A stretch of 64,000 nucleotides of DNA from Bugula neritina (GCA_964035545.1 OZ037765.1:12472698-12536697), one strand, 5' to 3'. Shown: positions 13,381-26,300, counted from the first letter of the stretch. Notes: a model not told the origin generated them from the letters alone. A program made the numbers and translations.

Positions 13381-14530
13381 ATGTGTATACTAGAAGAAGA
13401 GTTCTTTGATTGTGTTGAAGAGATTGTGGAAGAGTATTTTGATGCTCTGGAAGAGTATTTTGATGCTCTGGAACAGTTAGGTAAGATTCTCAATAAGCAT
13501 GTAACATAATTATGACAGCCATAAGTTAATATGTTTATCATTATAATGAACACTGAATAACTGCTAAGCTATATAATTGTTGTTATCATGGGCATTTAAT
13601 TTCTGACAAATTATTAAAACTGTGGTAATTTTTGACCAACATCACATAGTATAACTTATCCCATGCTATTCATCTAAACTTGACTTATATTGTATTGCTG
13701 ATATATATATATATATATAAACTTGAAGGTGATGAAAAGCCAATTTCAACTCATCTGCCAGAGCAGGCTAAGCTTAATGGCCAAAAAGAACTGAATGATG
13801 AGGGTCAAACCCAACAGCTCCTTTTTGCTGTAAACATTGAACCAGGAGTGGTAAGTTATTTATTCTATCCAGCGTATTATGATATCAATTTATTCTATTG
13901 TGACTTTTTACACTGAAAGCATAAATTTCAATTCGAAGCCGTTTATCAAGATTTCAAATTCCAGCAAGAGAGTTTAAAATATCATGTGCACAAATTAATG
14001 TGTTGCTTGTTATTTGTGTCACATTATTACTTGTGAAATTATATAATCTATTGCAGAAACCCACAGTCACACATGCTAAGGCCCAACCAGAACATGAGTT
14101 TATCGAAGTATGTTAACAGTAGATCCCTATACAGTTTAAATAACTAATATTACAATGATCAACTGGTATTAAAGGATGATTAAGCATAAAAATTGGTTAT
14201 TAACAATCACCTAAAGGTACAATTATAAGCAAATAATATTTCAGGGCTGCTATACTGGGCATTGCCAATTATGTTTCATGGATAGAGGGGAACATGATAG
14301 AAAGAGAGACCAGAGTAAGTGCACTACTTTTTAATAGACTTTGATTTTAACTTGTAATAAACTGTGAATATTTTGTCAGAGTATAACTTTATAGCAAAGG
14401 GTAAAAACTATTTTATAATTCTGTAGATTACAGAGGTAGGAGGTCTATGAAGAAAAGACTCAAGGGGTTTTTCAAAACTAAATTATGTTGTTGCCTGTTT
14501 CCGAATGATAATGATGTTGATGTGCTTTAA
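13381..14530 (+). CDS. Uncharacterised 148-aa protein with tandem FFAT-like motifs, Cys/His cluster and polybasic-CCC tail, copy 1
   Basis: Exons 13381-13480, 13729-13850, 14057-14107, 14245-14314 and 14427-14530, all GT-AG, phases 1/0/0/1 consistent, 447 nt. Protein: MCILEEEFFDCVEEIVEEYFDALEEYFDALEQLGDEKP...[68 protein letters not shown] at 14558. The start could instead be an upstream exon spliced to the AG at 13392-13393. Confidence 0.8.
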
Positions 14531-14860
14531 TTATTTATTGTATTATATTTGATATACAATAAACTACATTCAGTTATTTGAATTTTATTTGCAAAATTTG
14601 ATCAATATTTAATTCAAACTTATTATCAATATATAGGACAGCAGTGTTTACTAAAAACATAAGATACCTTCAATTTTTTTTACATTTCGTTGTTATAATA
14701 CTTTGTAATACTTCCAGCATAATATTCACGGATACAGACAGTTGTAGGCAGATGCAGTGTTTGAGCTGAATCTTATTTTATAATTGATATATCGTTAATT
14801 TATGTTGTTATATGCCAAATATCAGTAGATATTTATATACATACATATTACATAATATAC

Positions 14861-15072
14861 AAAAAAAAAACTCACAAAATTTTATAGTTGCTATCCTTGT
14901 GAGAAAACCCCTGATATAAGAAGTTTTTTGTTAAAGTGGGCTAATTAGGACTTATTTAAACGAGGCACAGGAACATTTATGTCTGGATGCTCTTCCTAAC
15001 ATCACCAATGGCCTTTGCTCGGGCTCGAACCTATGACCTCGTGTTTACAGGCAAACGCTCTAACCCCTAGAC
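14861..15072 (-). mobile_element. tRNA-derived SINE (head split by hAT insertion; remainder ~16623-16639)
   Basis: Reverse complement shows A-box (GTCTAGGGGTTAGAGCG) and B-box (GGTTCGAGCCC) motifs, the body shared with 15494-15706, and a T-tail. Confidence 0.75.
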
Positions 15073-16622
15073 CAGAGATGGGCAAATGGTGGCCTTCCTA
15101 TTGTTTTAATCATGCCCTCAACCAAGCACCAGCAATTCTTAATTTCATTGGTTTCTTAACCATTCACAGAATGTGTGCACTATGCAACACTGGCCAATCA
15201 TGAACATGACTCATGAGAAGATTCTGGCCAATGTATAGTTACTGAAAAGGTTTCATCCCAGTTAGACGTTATTTTTTATTTTGGTACCGTAATAATGTAT
15301 AGATAGCTGTTGTATTGATTGCTAAAGAGCTAATAATTATGCTAATAGCTATAATAGCTGATATAAAGTATCTGGAATAATAGCCCACTTTTCAGGGTTT
15401 GTGTGGGGCAAAAATCAGTAATACATTATTAATAGACATTATTTTTAATAAATACTTATCAACGAAATACTTTTTCCCAATGACTAGAAGTATAGAAACC
15501 GTGGTCCAAGGGTTAAAGCGTTTGCATTGTGAACGCAAAGTCATGGGTTTGAACCGACAAAGGCCATTGGTGATGTTAGAAAGAGCATCCAGTCATAATT
15601 GCTCCTGTGCCTCATTTAAACAAGTCCTTAGCCCATTCTAACAAAAACTTTTTCCATCAGCGGTTTCTCGCAGGGATAGCGACTATAAACTTTCGAAGGT
15701 TTTTTTAGAAGTATGGAATATGCAAAATTAATAATTTAATACAGAAAAAAGGAATTTATTTATGTGCCAAGTAGCAAACAATTGATCCAAATTTATTTAA
15801 ATATACATATATTTCAATAATATTCAAATAAATTGCACATAAAATATATACTGTATCGAAATAAATAAATAGCGTCTAACTGAGACGACACCACTGATCA
15901 GTGAGTATAAGTATAGCGCAGCATTACAACTATAGATACTTGATGTTGCTGCAACAACAGCTAGCTTCTACATTTCACCAGTTATAACCAGTGAAAAGTA
16001 CCCCACAATAGCTAAACTGGGACTAAGAGTACTGAGCATATCTGGTTATGTTTATAAATGTGAATGCATGTTTCCTATTTTGGACCATATCAAAAAATAG
16101 TAACAGAACACAACTAGCTCATTGATGAGCATCTGCAAGATTTGCTTTGAGTAGTGTTATTGTAATATTATGGTTGCGGATGAAGTGGATTATATTTTGT
16201 TAACGAACACGAGCAAGTATATTATTTAACATGGCGATAACTTTATTCAAACTGACGGTAACCTTGACCTAATAAAAGCGTAACATTATAGCAAGTACAT
16301 TATAATACAAAAAGTGTTTTTCATACTTCTCACTAATTATAGTAGGCCTACTATAAGTGTCCCCAACAAATTTTTTGCTGCATTCTTGCTCATAAGTGAA
16401 CTATATAAAACTTGTTTTTAAATTAATAAACTGCCATCTTTTTTATTCTGCATCCACACTCTTCAATTTATACCTTCAGCCTTGGAAATGGAAAAAAAAT
16501 TATATATATTTGCATGTGGTCATGCAGCATTGTACCTTGCATTTACTACAAACAAACCTGGCCCTTCTTACGCCTTCAATCTTGAGATCTGGCCCCATTT
16601 GAGAAACATTTGCCCATCCCTG
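15073..16622. mobile_element. Old non-autonomous hAT (Charlie-like) element
   Basis: TIR CAGAGATGGGCAAA / TTTGCCCATCCCTG; degenerate 8-bp TSD CCCTAGAC / CTTTTGAC; the interrupted SINE head resumes after it. Confidence 0.65.
15494..15706 (+). mobile_element. tRNA-derived SINE
   Basis: A-box TGGTCCAAGGG, B-box GGTTTGAACC, T-tail, and TSD AGAAGTAT (15486-15493, 15707-15714). Confidence 0.85.
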
Positions 16623-16729
16623 CTTTTGACCATAGCTCTTCCCTATTACGTAATTCACGTGTTATGTTATATATTGATATAATATAATATACATGTTGTA
16701 CAATATATTATATGTTTTTGGCCCGTCTC

Positions 16730-17120
16730 ATATGTCTCAATAAATTTACCAGTAGGTCTTGGTGAGCTCTAGATGTCAAAGTATGGATCCTCTTTATCTT
16801 GGAGTTGTTGCCTGATTTTCTTGATCTCATATGATGGGTGGGTAGACTTATGCCCCGACACACTTTCCTGGGCAGGTAATCTCTGTGGGCTAAATATATG
16901 ATAAATAACTTTCTCAAAGTATTGCAGCCAATTGTTGATCAGATAGAAGGTTGTTGTGGTACATGACATAAACATTCAAAATCTGACTTCATAGTTGATA
17001 AAAACACTGTTGCATAGACATACAACTATTGCATGGCCTAGATTGTAGGATGTCATCTGTAGTCGGAATGACTGATGAAGGCTGCTACTGCTTACTGTTC
17101 ATTCAACTTGAGGTTTATTC
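16730..17120 (-). pseudogene. Decayed exon(s) of an unknown minus-strand gene, paralogous to 63650-64000
   Basis: AG|...YEIKKIRQQLQDKEDPYFDI*SSPRPT|GTAAAT. Differences from copy 2 across EIKKIRQQ fall at third codon positions; this copy has an in-frame TAG. Confidence 0.45.
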
Positions 17121-18997
17121 TAAAAAAATTACTGTTTTATTTCAACTAGACCATGTCTTGACTAGAGACATAGATGTAACACATGACAATGTTTCTTACC
17201 GTACCAAATTTAATGTTATTAATTAACTGCTTTGCTGTATTCCATGTATAATAATGTATAATATACTATATGCAATTTTTACTATATAAACTATTTTGAG
17301 TCATTCCAACCCTGACATTGAGCTCAGAAACGTAATTTCCAATCTATTATTGTATTCTGTGTCAAGAAAGATAAAACATCTGTTTTCACCAACCCTGGTT
17401 TCCTATTCAAACTCTTATTTCAGGACCGTAAATATTCTAGTAATCTATTAAAACGTTCAACAATATTAAGGTTTATTTAATGTAGTTTATGTTAAATGGT
17501 TCTTAAATTAGTAGAGAATAAATAACAATACATTGTACAGATAAATTTAGCTTCAATATCTTTTACATTGTTGCATTGTTGAAATGTTATGAAACCTCAG
17601 TGTGTGTATAACTGCCAGCTTTGAAAATGTAATACCACCTCTTTTGACTAATTTAATGAGCTAACAATTGATTGGGAAACTAGGTAAGTTTATCCTCAAA
17701 TAAGAAGTCATTTAATTGAGATAATTTATATTCTTTTTAATTTATGGAATATCAGTAAATCATACTATACTAAAATTAGCACTAGCTCTAGCTTGACTTA
17801 CTTTGAGATAATAATAAAGTTTACAGTTCAGCAGAGTTATTAATTAGTCTTAGAACCTAGGCCCTAGAGGGTATGTTGTAAGAATCGAGAATGAAACGTT
17901 TACCTGTGAATAAGTAAAACCGATTGTGATTAGCAAGGTGAAAACTTTGCTGTTCTTACTGTTGTTTGTATTCCCTCATACCTATAATATTGCAAAGCTT
18001 AAAACAAAAAAATATAACTGCAGACTTAAACTGAAGATAAACCAGCTGTACTTAGAATAATAATTTTTGTCAGGCTAGCACATTAAAACAATTTTGAATT
18101 TGCTTTTTATAGTGTTATACTGCTTCTATAAAAATGATTATCTGCATGCACTGTTTGGAAAATCTAGTATTTTGCTTATGACATAATTATTTTCAAGAGC
18201 CAATCTAGTCGCGAAGAAGTTACCACTGGTGCGTTCTAAATAGTGTAATAATATTTAGGAAAACACAGTTGTAACATGTGACCGATGACCTCTCACTAGA
18301 TCTGGCGCAATGAACTTGAAAATTAATTATTATTTCTAGTTCATCCAATAAAGCAGTAAATATCGGCGAAACCTATCCAGTGCTATCACAACAGGTTTGC
18401 CAGAATTATTCTTTAAACAGCTTTCAGGTCGGGGTGAATTAGTGCACAAGCGTGGGACTGTCAAGTCTTGAGTTGGGGAACATAACTTTTAACTCGAGAT
18501 CACCGAATCACTGCACCCAGTGAACCCCCAACGCGTAGCTGCGTATAGAACGTTTCTATTGTCTTTGGATGTCTCAAAATGGATGAAATCCGTTATGGCG
18601 TTAATTTGAACTTTATGGTGACAGTACTACTCCACCAGGGATAGTAATACTTATAAGTTATAGGTCATAGTAATAGTGTTATGCTCATATTCATACTGAA
18701 ACTGAGTGTCAGTGAGTGATTGTGTTGTTGATCGGTTGAAAGCTTGAGGTGAGAGTTACTTTTACTTTTTATTCAATTAATGAATTATTCATTATTGTCT
18801 TTTAGTTTTAGTAAAACTTTTAGTTTTACTTTTAGCCCAAATTTAGAAATAGTCAAATACTGATACTTATACTGATAATAGCTAATAAATAACACTAATA
18901 CTAATAGTAATAGTCTTGTCTTGTCTTGTCTTGATTTAGTTCCAAGACCCCAAATAGGGGAAAGGTGGAACTATCGGATGTTCAGGTCTTTTTTTTA

Positions 18998-21740
18998 TTA
19001 GTCTGCTAGTGTTTCTCCCGTGCGTAGTTCACGGGCTGTTCTAATGAGGAAGCTATGCAGGAACTTATTAGTATTACAGGATATTGAATTAAAAGAGTTA
19101 CTGTCCCCAATATTGGTATTACGGAGAGATTTCATGGAGTTAAGAGTGTTAATTAGGTTAGGGAAGAATGCTTCATGCTGCAACACTTTGAAGAATAGCG
19201 TGAATCTGTGTTCTTGTCTGGATTTATTTAAAGCCTTTAAGTTTAACTCCGCCTTGGATTCGGTCACTGAGACATCCCAGCCTTTTAATTTTTTTATACA
19301 AAACGTACTGCCTTGTTTTGAACTTTCTCTAGATTGTTGCTTAGCATGAGATGTGCAGGATCCCAAATTTCGCAGGCATACTCTAGAAGCGGTCTACACA
19401 GGGTAGTGTATGCTATGAGCTTAACTTTAACTGAAGCATCATAGAGTACATTTTTGATTAATCCTAAAATACGCATTGCTTTATTGACTACTGAGTTTAT
19501 GTGATAATCCCACTTTAGATCATGTACCAAATAGATTCCTAGGTATTTTACACAGCTACTTTGTACTAATTGTTCGTTGCTCAAATAATAAGTGTGCGTT
19601 ATAGGTTTAGGGCTTTTATCAAACGCAATGATGTTGCTTTTTGTTGCATTGAATTTCATGGAATTTTTAATACTCCAGTTGTGTAGAGCGTTGAGGTCAT
19701 TTTGCAAATTTTCCTTGTCTTCGTCTTTAGATATATGCGTATATAGTATAGTGTCATCCGCGAAAAGCCTTACAGTGCAGTATTTTACACATTTAGTGAT
19801 GTCATTAATGAAAAGTGTGAAAAGTGCAGGCCCTAAAACGCTACCTTGAGGAACACCTGAAGTAACAGCTACAGCATCAGATTTGTGGCCTTTAATCACT
19901 ACTCTCTGAAAACGACTGGTTAGAAACGAGGATATCCATTTTACTAAAAGAGGATTTACTTTGTACTCAATAAGTTTCTGAATCAACAGATGATGGGGAA
20001 CTAAATCAAAGACCTTAGAGAAATCTAGCACTGCCGCATGTGTAGCCATTCCATTGTCCATATTACTCAATATGTCATGTGTTAGGCAGGCCAATTGAGT
20101 TGTGCAAGACAGGTGACTTCTAAAACCATGCTGGTTTATGGACAGGATCTCATTCAATTTGTTTTGCATAAGGTGAAGTATAATGTGCTCCATCATTTTA
20201 CAGACTATTGATGTTAAGGATATTGGTCTATAGTTAGAGGGCAACTCATGATTTCCTTGTTTGAATATTGGTGTGACATGAGCCAGCTTCCACTCTGATG
20301 GAAGTGTACCTGTTGTTAATGTATAGTTGTAGATGGAAGCTAATAGGGAAGAAATAATTTCAGGGGAGAGCAGTAGCTTTTGTTTGCTAATAGAGTCTGG
20401 CCCTGAAGCTTTACCATTTTTGAGAGACTTAATCAATTTTAACACACCTTCACAAGTTACTAATATGTTATCTGCATCAGTTGGAGCCGGAGCTTCTGGG
20501 AGCACACATGCTGGTGTAAAAACACTGTGAAAATACAAGTTCAAAGTATTAGCAATGTCAGATAAATCATTAGAGCTGGTCTTTTCACTAATTTGAATGC
20601 TTGAAATACTGTTATTGTTGCCTTTAATTTCTTTAACATATCTGTAAAAAGGTTTCGAGTCTCCATTTGCCAATGGGTAGTATAACTTTTCACACATGAA
20701 GTCTTTTTTGAGTATTTTAAATAGTTTTTTGTTTTCACGCCTTAGTTTTTTGTATTTGTCAAATAAAACAGAATCACCTGTGAGCTTGTATCGTGAGTAA
20801 AGTTTTCTTTGCTTGTTGCAAGCTCTTTGAGCATCTTTATTAAACCAAACAGGTTGAAAATGTTTTCTAGGTTTAAATTGCTTTTTAGGTACATGGTCAG
20901 TTATTGCCGAATGTAATCCATTTCTAAATGTAGACCAAACAGTATCAATGGGCTGTACATCGTTTATTAGAGAGTTCACTTCTGAGAGCAAGGCTGCCAT
21001 TGAGGAATCAAAACCGTTTCTATTTATTTTGTGGCACACAAAAGTATAACTATCTTCTACACTTTCTTTAAACTTTTGGGGTGCTTCTATTGAGCATTCA
21101 ATCATAAAATGATCACTGACACCTGGTTGGATTACATTTAAGTCGCAAATTAAATGTTTAGAATTAGTGCAAAGAAGGTCAAGTATATTGCCAGCTATAT
21201 GAGTTGGCTCATTAACAATTTGATCCATGTCTAATTCCGATAACAAATCTATGAAGTCATTGTAAAAAGGTCTCCAACTGTTAGAGAAAGTGAAGTCATT
21301 CCAATTGATGCCAGGTAAATTAAAATCGCCAGTTAGAACTATTGTTGACCCTGGAAAAAGTTTTTTGATTTTTAACATGTAATCTACAAGTGGTTTAATG
21401 TTGTATGTTGAAGGCGGTCTGTAGTATGTTACCAAAATATAAGGAGCTACGTTAGATTCAAAATTAAACTTGATTGCTGTTATTTCTGCTTCAGATGGTA
21501 TATCTATTGGAGAATGTGAGATTTGCGAATTAACAGCTATTAGTACACCCCCTCCATATTCATTCCTATCTTTTCTGTAAACCAGTTTGTTATTTGGATG
21601 GAAGATTTGAGCATTAGCATAGGATGGGTTTAAATGAGTTTCAGTGATAAACATCACATCGTAGTCAGAAGCTATAGCTTGTAATTCGGCAATTTTACCT
21701 TTGATTGATCTTGCATTGAGGCTAATTAATCTGTAGATAT
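18998..21740 (-). CDS. LINE ORF2: AP endonuclease + reverse transcriptase (frameshifted near C-terminus)
   Basis: LNARS, ITETHL, GDFN, SDH, NYRPISLTS, QHGFR, GVPQGSVLGP, FADD; the C-terminus continues in ORF 18998-19366. Confidence 0.9.
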
Positions 21741-22577
21741 TTTGACTATTTGGTTTTTCTGTATTTTGTATGTGCTTCGAGGATTCTGTTTTCTTACGTC
21801 TCTTAACTGTTGTCTCAACTGAAAATCCTTGTTTTGCTCTTCTTTAGTTAAGTCTAGGCGTGCAAAAGTACCTGGTACTTTGAGATTGTTGATACGTTTT
21901 AAAAGTTCCCACTTGTCAAACTCTGAGTCAAGTGAGAGTCTAACAGGTCGAGGTTTATCTACTTTTTTAGCCCCTAGTCTAATAGTATTAGATTTTGTGG
22001 CATTAAACATAAATCTACACTCAGAAATCATAGAATTTACCAGTTCGACTGTGTCAGCAGGGGATGATTCACCCTCATTGATGCCAAATATGATGACATT
22101 CTTCGCTCTGTTTTCAGTTGATAAATCATTTCTAAGATTTTTTATTTGTTTTTCTTGGCCTTTTATACATTTCTCTTGGTCATTTAGATGCTTGCTTAAA
22201 ACACCTTCAGATTTTTCAATTTTGGAAACTACCCTAGCATATGTTTCATCACTCTTGGACTCTTGTGTGTCAATAAAAGTTTCAAGCTTTGTTTCTAATG
22301 CTTTAAACCTAGAGTCAATCGAATTGAGAACATGATCACACTTATCACAAAACCAGTGGAATCCCCTCTTTTCAATTGTGTTCATATCACTCGCATCTAA
22401 ATCCACGCATCTAATATGAAACCAGTTAAAGCAGGACTCACACTCGATCGTTTAGTCACTCAAGGTTTTATTGCACTTTTCACATTTTGATTTTTCAGTA
22501 TTTTTCCTGCTACTAGCAGCATCACCAGAGGCAACACTGTCCACACGACCTCTTCTTGTTTGCGTTTTGGGGGGCAT
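21726..22577 (-). pseudogene. LINE ORF1 (PHD finger + coiled coil + RRM-like), one nonsense codon
   Basis: ATG at 22577 (MPPKTQTRRGR) is in frame with ORF 21726-22406, interrupted by a TAA near 22452; RAKNVIIFGINE and RLG...PRPVRL motifs. Confidence 0.85.
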
Positions 22578-23354
22578 ATTAAAATAAAAGAGATAGAATG
22601 AGAAATATAAATATTAAACTTATAAAGAGAAAAGAGGGTATGGAAAGGAAAAAGAACAATAATAAAGTTGGTTAAAGTTATAATAATAATGTTAGTAGTA
22701 TAGTATAGTTAATTGTTAAGTATAGTATTAGTAAAAGTATAGTATTGAAGACAAGGAAAGAGTTCACCACACTTCCTCCGCAATAGTCCAGCCAGATTCA
22801 ACCACTGCTGAGGTCCCACTGGGCGCAGACAGAGCTAGCAAGCCAACTCTTGGTGCCTGTTCCTCACGATAGCACACCCAACCCTACCAGTGTCCAAATC
22901 AAATCTCTGTAAGCAACAGCTCCTTGAAGGCATATATTATTCAAATTTAAAGGTTGTACAGGTGTCTTGAAAATCGTAGCTTTTTATGGTTGAAATGTTC
23001 GCATCTATGATAGATATGGCGATGAATAGCCGGGGTTGTTCTATATGCAGTCGGCTGGCTCAGCATTCAGCGGGTATCTCTAGTATTACTTTTACTATTA
23101 TTATTAGTAATACTAATAGTTACTGTTAGTGATAGTGTTACTGTTAGACTTTCACTTCAACTTATTCTTAGAGTTAGGGTTAGACTATCACTATGAGTAA
23201 GAGTAAGACTGAAGAGTCGCTTATCTTTAATTATGTTTCAACTTATTGATGCTTATTTATCTGCTGCAATTCATTTGTCGAGTTTGTAATTACCGGAATA
23301 AAGTAATTATTGTAATATATTTTATTTAAACACACACAAGAAACTATCTCTCAG

Positions 23355-26300
23355 TGTTGTGGTGGGTTTTGTATAAATTCGGAGTATCGTAAACTCACCG
23401 AATAACATATAGGTTGTAGCCTTTGCGTGAGCTTTGGGTCGGTGTGCAGTTATGGGTTAACGACTTGGCTGCGAGCTAACTCCAGCTCCAGTCGTCCGTA
23501 GGGGTGAAGTTGAGACTCTGGATGAGAGTAGTTGGCTGGTAGTGCTCCTCAGTCTATGATCTTGGGCTAGCACTCACTAACGTACTCCAACACATTCTAA
23601 TTGGGTCACATGCATTCTATACAAATATCCTCAATCGTTCCCACTCAATGAAAATTTACAGTTCCACCTGTAAATACTTAACTAGGCACATTGAGATTTA
23701 AGGATAAAGATTGCAGTAACTAGGTCACACTATTAGATATGTAATAACTTTAGGATTATTAGATATATTAAAACTTGTAATATATTAGACATTAAGTATA
23801 ATTGATAATAGATATGTTGGAAATTATTATATACATGATAATCTTCATATAATAGCTGTAAGTGTCTATTAGCGTCATAGCCATTTAATAGGCCTGTGGG
23901 ATTTGCAACTATTATTGACCAAATTATTTGAACTTCTTGTCTATTAGAAGTTGCAAACCTCCCTTTGATAACATTTTAAAAATAAAGCCTACCAAATAAA
24001 TGCTATAGATGCATGTGTGCTATATAGGTAATATGTATGTTGGAATTTTTTTTCTTTAAATCACCTTGTGCTTTACTTTATGTTCTATTAAAAAAATAGT
24101 ATAATAAATATTAGTCTGTACTTCTGTGACTATAATTACACTTGAAAAAATTGAAACGTTTATTCAATAAATAAAACCATCTGTTAATGCATGTAGCATG
24201 CAAAATCTTAACAATAAAACTTGAATAAGCCAAAACTTAGGTAGAAATATCTCTTCATAAGTCAACGCTTTAATTTTTGCAGTAATTGCATAAATTTCTA
24301 TTCTTCAAACTACACATAATTATAATTATGACCTGACAAAACACAATGAGTAAAAAGGCTATTTCCTTCCATAATTTAATTTTAGGGGCTATATTTTTTT
24401 AATAAGAAAGTTTTTGAAACTTTAGTGGTAATTTGCCTATTCCTATACTGTACCTATTCCTTGGTCGAGACGACTGTTGGGGCACCACTGTTGATCTTGG
24501 CAACCAGCTCTCTCCATCCCTTTCTGTTCTCTGGCCTCCTTAAGTTGTCGCTCAATGTCTTTACCGTCCACTTTGTGATGTCCTCCCATCTCTTTCTCTG
24601 CCTGCCTCTCCTTCTCCCTCCTTGTACAGTTCCTTGTAGAATTGTCTTGGCAAGTCCTGTGGATCTTGTGACATGCCCATCCCACTTCAGTTTCCGTCTC
24701 TTCACAGTTGTCAAAAGATCTTTGTGATGTGCCACTGCGTTTGTGACTCTATTCCTTACCTCAACATTTGTGATGTGATCTTTGTAGTAGATGCCTAGGA
24801 GCCTGCGGTAGCATCTCATTTCAGTTGTCCGTATTCTTCTTTCCAAATCTGCTGTCAGTTTCCATGACTCACAGGCGTACAGGAATATGGAGATGACCAG
24901 TGATCGCATCAGTTCGATCTTTGATCTAAGCGTGATATTTCTGTCATTCCAAACAGGCCTCAGTTTTGTCAGGGCGGCTGTTTGCGCGATCCTGGAGAGA
25001 ATTTCAGGCTTTGATCCTTCATCTGATACGACTAACCCAAGGTACTTGAAGCTCTTGACAGTTCCAAGTTTCTCGCCATTGACTTTGATGTCTGTGTTGA
25101 TGCCGTCGGTATTGTTGGTCATCAGCTTAGTTTTCTCGGCACTGATATCCATGCCGTACGCTGTTGAGGTTGTGTCCAATCGTTCTACAAGTTTGACGAG
25201 CTCTTGTTCTTCCCCTGCTAGTCCGTCAATGTCGTCGGCAAAACGCTAGTTGGTAATTGTTCTGCCTCCAATGCTGGTTGTTCCATTGTGCTCTTCTAGT
25301 GCATCAGTCATGGTTCTTTCCAAAAAGATTTTGAAGAGAATTGGAAAAAGCAAACTGCCTTGTCTGACCCCGACCGTTGTCCCGAACCAGTCTCCTATGC
25401 TTCTGTTGAGGTAAACTGCGCTGGAGGCCTTTTCATATAGTTGTTTTATGGTGTTGATCAGATTGACGTTGATGTTATACATCCTCATGGCTGCCCACAA
25501 AGCTGCATGCCAGACTGTTGAAGGCCTTCTTAAAGTCCACAAAGACATGGTAGAGGTTCTGTTGGTGTTGGAGGTACCTCTCGCACAGTATTCTGAGGTT
25601 GAAGATCTGTTCTGTTGTACTGCGCCCTGCTCTGAAACCTGCTTGTTCTTCCGCAATGATCTTCTCTTCATGTGGTTTCAGTCTGTTCAGTAGGATCTTC
25701 AACATGACTTTACTGGGGTGACTTATTAGGCTAATAGTGCGGTAATTCTGGCACAGCTGTAGGTTGTCTTTCTTGGAGAGCGTAATCACTAGTGATTGTG
25801 TCCATGGTGTTGGCCATTCTCCTGTCTGGCAGATCTTGTTGCAGATGATTGTCATGGCGTTGATCATGGCCTCTCCCCCTGCCTGCACTAGCTCTCCTGG
25901 TATATTATTCACTCCTGCTGACTTCCCTTTTTTCAGTGCCTTGATTGCTGCTTCAACTTCTTCTTGAAGAATGGGATGGTCATCGGTGTTGGTTGCTGGT
26001 GGGACGTTCAGTACTTCTGGGTTTCCTTTGGCTTTGTACAGTTCTGAGCAGTACTCTGTCCATCGTTTCAAAATGTCCTCTTCCTCTGTCAGGCACTTCC
26101 CTTCTTTGTCCTGTATGGTGGTGGCGCGTCTCTGTTTTGTAAATGTCAGGTCTTTCACTAGTTGGTATGCCTTTTTGCTGTTATTTGTCTTCAGGTTGTC
26201 TTCTATTTCTTTTGACTTTTCAATCCAATTTTCTTTTGCCCTTTTCATGCCTCTTTTAATTTCCTGGCTGACTGCCCTTTACTGTTTTGCACCTTCTGGT

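Larger units (their letters stand above)
18913..23080 (-). mobile_element. Near full-length CR1/L2-group LINE
   Basis: ORF1 22577-21726 has a PHD finger (CEKC...CESC..WFH..C...WFCDKC) and one premature TAA. ORF2 has APE+RT with one frameshift near 19294. (CAAGA)n tail at 18913-18933 and a 3' hairpin AGTTCCA...TGGAACT. The 5' end is approximate. Confidence 0.9.

Noticed and set aside
13269-13409. Signal-peptide-like ORF (MNAKISTLLSATSLLCLLTLLLLVNFAES...) as the N-terminus of the micro-gene
   Set aside because: It is out of frame with the FFAT exon, its start and stop are not conserved in copy 2, and I found no donor of the right phase.
15494-15565. tRNA gene
   Set aside because: A/B boxes are present, but there is no closing acceptor stem, and the sequence continues into a repeated body with T-tail and TSD, i.e. 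a SINE head.
16161-16309. Solo LTR (TGTAATATTAT...TATAATACA)
   Set aside because: No matching TSD and no second copy in the window.
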